Assembly: GCA_903847585.1 (NCBI GenBank)
Contig: CAINEC010000162.1
Span: 33,427 to 97,426 of the forward strand
From: an uncultured Bacteroidota bacterium
GTDB taxonomy: Bacteria; Bacteroidota; Bacteroidia; AKYH767-A; OLB10
Reading direction: 5' to 3'
Length of the DNA: 64,000 nt
A program made the position numbers and the translations under genes. Positions 61,206 through 64,000 of the stretch are shown here, piece after piece; within the stretch, counting starts at the first letter, position 1, and every line of letters starts with the position of its first letter. The notes beneath the pieces are model-generated. The model was not told the DNA's origin. It was given only the letters and a program-made list of their open reading frames with translations, and made no database searches.

Positions 61206-61589
61206 TTAACGCTTAACCTCTAAGGTCTTGCGAATATTTTCTGATCCTGAACGGATATTGTAGTAGTATAAACCATCTTCCAGATTTTCGGCGCTTACCT
61301 CAAATTGATAGATCACACCCTCTTCTGTATTATCATCAAATATTTGTGATACCAGCTTACCGCGACTATCAAACAATTCGATTTGAAGGTGATCAACTTT
61401 ATCTGATTTAATATAAAGCATTGAAGATTCTGAACATGGATTCGGATAAGTAATAGGAAATTGTCCCGGAGTACTTACCTTGGCAATAGAAGACAATACA
61501 AAAGGTATATTATCTGCTTTTGCCATACCTGTTGTTGCCAACTGATAAAAGACGATAATTAATACTGCGATATAATATTGTTTCCTCAT
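61206..61589 (-). CDS. small protein consisting of a signal peptide plus a T9SS type-A sorting-like domain
   Basis: TYPNP...I.LFDSRGKLV...L.DGLYYY.I...K.LEV. Confidence 0.75.
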   Translation of the reverse strand: MRKQYYIAVLIIVFYQLATTGMAKADNIPFVLSSIAKVSTPGQFPITYPNPCSESSMLYIKSDKVDHLQIELFDSRGKLVSQIFDDNTEEGVIYQFEVSAENLEDGLYYYNIRSGSENIRKTLEVKR

Positions 61590-61673
61590 GTGATGCAAAT
61601 TATATCAATCTGCTTGTAAGGCACACAATTTTTAGGTGAAAAACGAATAAAAAGGGGTAAATCTTTGATTTAT

Positions 61674-62831
61674 TTACTTGAAAGGATTACGCTGAATCCA
61701 ATCGGCACCTGATTTTTCAGGCAGTACATGACTGATTAATGAGTTGACAATTTTATTTTCAAATCGCATGAATGCTTTATACTCCACTGGGAAAGCACCA
61801 ACAGTTGATTTGATCTCTAAAGCTGTTCTACCGAAGGAAATCCGTAACATCTTATGCTGAATAGCTATTTCAATATAGTGATAAAGTATATTCTGATAAA
61901 TCGCTAAATTTTTATTGAGTGAGTAATCGAAGCCTATATGATGCGCCTCTAATTCATTCCCATTCAATATAACAGTCATGAATGCAATGATCTTCTTATC
62001 CTTCCAAAACGTTCGAAATATGATACGGTCGTTTGAAAGATTTAAGAGATTGAAAATGTAATCGATTTTACAAGAAAGCAATCGCACCGGAGATTTTTGC
62101 TGAACGCCTTTATACAATTCGTACAAGGTAGTTTTATGCTTTTTAAAATCATCCACATTAAAATCGCGAATCTCTACGCCCTCCATTTTCTTCATCACAT
62201 TGTTTGCACGTACTCGATACTTAGAGCTAAGCGACTGTAAATAATCTTCAAACTTCAGCCACTTTGGATTGACATCAAATTCCATTATAGGATCCATGAC
62301 CATTGGTAGGAATTTATGCTGCGGAAAATCTTCAACCATTTTATCCTCTTTCAGTAAGTCCTTAACTATAGTCGCCACCACTTTACCAGTTGCATTCAAT
62401 TCCTTTTTGATTAACTCAATAGACTCCAGCAAGGACTTGCTATCACGCTTATCTGAAATAACCCCATAATCACCACTCAATAAAATATTACCAGAAACAA
62501 TTAAGTAATGAGGTTTATTCCGCTTGATTCCAAAAATGAACTTATCCAATACCTGACTAAACACATTTAAGAGTTGTCCATAAGGATCAAGATTTAAAAT
62601 TGAATTTAAATCGCGCTGCGCTAAATCAACAATCTGAAAATAATGAAAGCTTATTTCTTTATTCGACTTATTTTTTTTGAAGATGTAATAAAAAGATAAA
62701 CCTTCGTAGCCTGCTTCTTCCACTGCATTCAGATAGGTTTTATCTAGAAAACAATTTCGATGCTGAAGCTGCATCCATAAATCGGAAGGAACTTCTTTTG
62801 CAGACCTAAAAACGCCAGTAATTGTATTCAA
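61674..62831 (-). CDS. GNAT-like hypothetical protein
   Basis: W..FEDYL..LSSKYR.R, IGFDY..N....IYQNILY and FGRTALEIKSTVGA. Confidence 0.7.
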   Translation of the reverse strand: MNTITGVFRSAKEVPSDLWMQLQHRNCFLDKTYLNAVEEAGYEGLSFYYIFKKNKSNKEISFHYFQIVDLAQRDLNSILNLDPYGQLLNVFSQVLDKFIFGIKRNKPHYLIVSGNILLSGDYGVISDKRDSKSLLESIELIKKELNATGKVVATIVKDLLKEDKMVEDFPQHKFLPMVMDPIMEFDVNPKWLKFEDYLQSLSSKYRVRANNVMKKMEGVEIRDFNVDDFKKHKTTLYELYKGVQQKSPVRLLSCKIDYIFNLLNLSNDRIIFRTFWKDKKIIAFMTVILNGNELEAHHIGFDYSLNKNLAIYQNILYHYIEIAIQHKMLRISFGRTALEIKSTVGAFPVEYKAFMRFENKIVNSLISHVLPEKSGADWIQRNPFK

Positions 62832-62890
62832 AATTTAATAGCTAATATGAGAGAGAAACAACAATAAGAACTAATAGTTTTATTCGCTAA

Positions 62891-64000
62891 TTATTTTTTC
62901 TCCGTCATTAATTGCTTGATATATTTTACTGGAGCAGATCCATAACTTAGGAATTGCTCATGGAATTTCTTCAAGTTAAAATCTTTTGATTTCAACGATT
63001 CTCTTAATTCATAAATTTCAGTAAAACCAGTATAATAACTTGTCAGCTGCACTTGTGTTAATCGCACGCGCTTCCATTTCCCTTGTGCTTCTGCAGTTTG
63101 TTGAAATGCGCCATCCACTAATAACTTCATTGCATCCTGCTCACTCATATTTTTTACATGCACACTATAATCAAGAATCGTATTACAAACCGAACGTAAA
63201 TGCCATTTATAATACATCAACCACATTTCAGGTTCATTATTTCCATAACCATTTTCCAACATCATACGCTCAGTATAAACAGCCCATCCTTCTACCATGG
63301 CTCCATTACCCATAATACTTTTAATGATGGATGGAGAATTATTGCTATATACCAACTGTGTGTAATGTCCCGGTATCGCTTCGTGAATATTTAATATTTG
63401 AAGAATATATTGATTGTATTCACGCAAATAACTTTCTGCTTGCTCAGGAGAATATCCAGTTAAAGGAGAAACATTGTAATAGGTATTTCCGCCTTTATCA
63501 TACGGTCCGGGTGCAGAGATAGAAGCACCTGCCCCACCACCTTCCATATAGGCGGGAGTCTTGCGTACAACTAGTGGTTTTGACGGATCGATATAAATCA
63601 AATCTTTGTCTTTAATGAACTTCACCAATGCTGGAATCTGTGCTTGAATGCTTTCTAGGAATGAATCACGATTAACATGTACAAGAGATAACTTATCAAT
63701 CATCTTTCTAATTAAAAGCAAACTATCTGTTGGCATTGCTTCCTTCGGGAAATACTTTGTCCACATCTGACGTGACAATTCCGCCATTTCATGATGTAAT
63801 TCTGATTTGCGTTTTAAAGCTTTATTGTAAATCTCTTCCGCAGTATAACTGGAAGCGATATCATACTTGAATTTCGTATCATATAACTCCTTGCCTATAC
63901 GAAAAGAGCGACTATTTTCAGGAGTCATGGATTTGCGCATTGTTTTTAAATAATCAGCATATCCGAGCATGGCTTTCTTAGCAGAATCGGCATACGCCAA
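62891..64000 (-). CDS. DUF885 family protein (5'-truncated by the window edge)
   Basis: HEAIPGHYTQ, VEGWAVYTE, SYYTG..EI..LR and F.LK.FH..FL..G. Confidence 0.88.
   Translation of the reverse strand: MAYADSAKKAMLGYADYLKTMRKSMTPENSRSFRIGKELYDTKFKYDIASSYTAEEIYNKALKRKSELHHEMAELSRQMWTKYFPKEAMPTDSLLLIRKMIDKLSLVHVNRDSFLESIQAQIPALVKFIKDKDLIYIDPSKPLVVRKTPAYMEGGGAGASISAPGPYDKGGNTYYNVSPLTGYSPEQAESYLREYNQYILQILNIHEAIPGHYTQLVYSNNSPSIIKSIMGNGAMVEGWAVYTERMMLENGYGNNEPEMWLMYYKWHLRSVCNTILDYSVHVKNMSEQDAMKLLVDGAFQQTAEAQGKWKRVRLTQVQLTSYYTGFTEIYELRESLKSKDFNLKKFHEQFLSYGSAPVKYIKQLMTEKK

Noticed and set aside
1-64000. CRISPR arrays, tRNA/rRNA genes, IS elements, integrases, prophage genes
   Set aside because: None recognised by eye or in the ORF translations. 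Small or degenerate elements could have been missed without tools.

Overview
AT-rich chromosomal window from a Bacteroidota (Bacteroidetes) bacterium. Evidence for the phylum: many TAnnTTTG '-7' promoter elements, T9SS C-terminal domains, the bamD-rpoZ-coaBC-porD-recN block and fused ccoNO. From left to right it holds the start of a very AT-rich polysaccharide locus (wzx, two GNAT-like genes, a deacetylase-like gene), zapB-zapA-6S RNA-rny, an M23 peptidase, TauE and CDF transporters, an inserted Type IIG restriction-modification gene, and a complete cbb3 oxidase cluster (ccoI-S-NO-Q-P-G-H-DsbD_2). That cluster sits beside a FixL-like PAS kinase and a REC-Crp/Fnr fusion regulator. Housekeeping genes follow (hbd, ndk, nrnA, FKBPs, a SulA-like cysteate acyltransferase, fabI, clpC, gyrA, ssb, lpxB, surE, pcm, recF). 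Main finding: five promoters share one architecture. Each has two FNR-like boxes, TGA(T/C)-N4-(A/G)TCA, 22-23 bp apart, and the proximal box lies exactly 23 nt from the -7 element. They drive ccoS-NOQPGH, ccoI, a divergent hypothetical gene, an unannotated DUF2892 mini-gene ahead of the sensor/regulator pair, and an unannotated ~85-nt three-hairpin transcript at ~7835-7921 (a candidate low-oxygen sRNA or 12-aa peptide). Four genes absent from the ORF track were recovered by manual reading: a GNAT (1-672, partial), the 6S RNA, ccoQ and DUF2892. All family calls come from motif recognition, not database searches.
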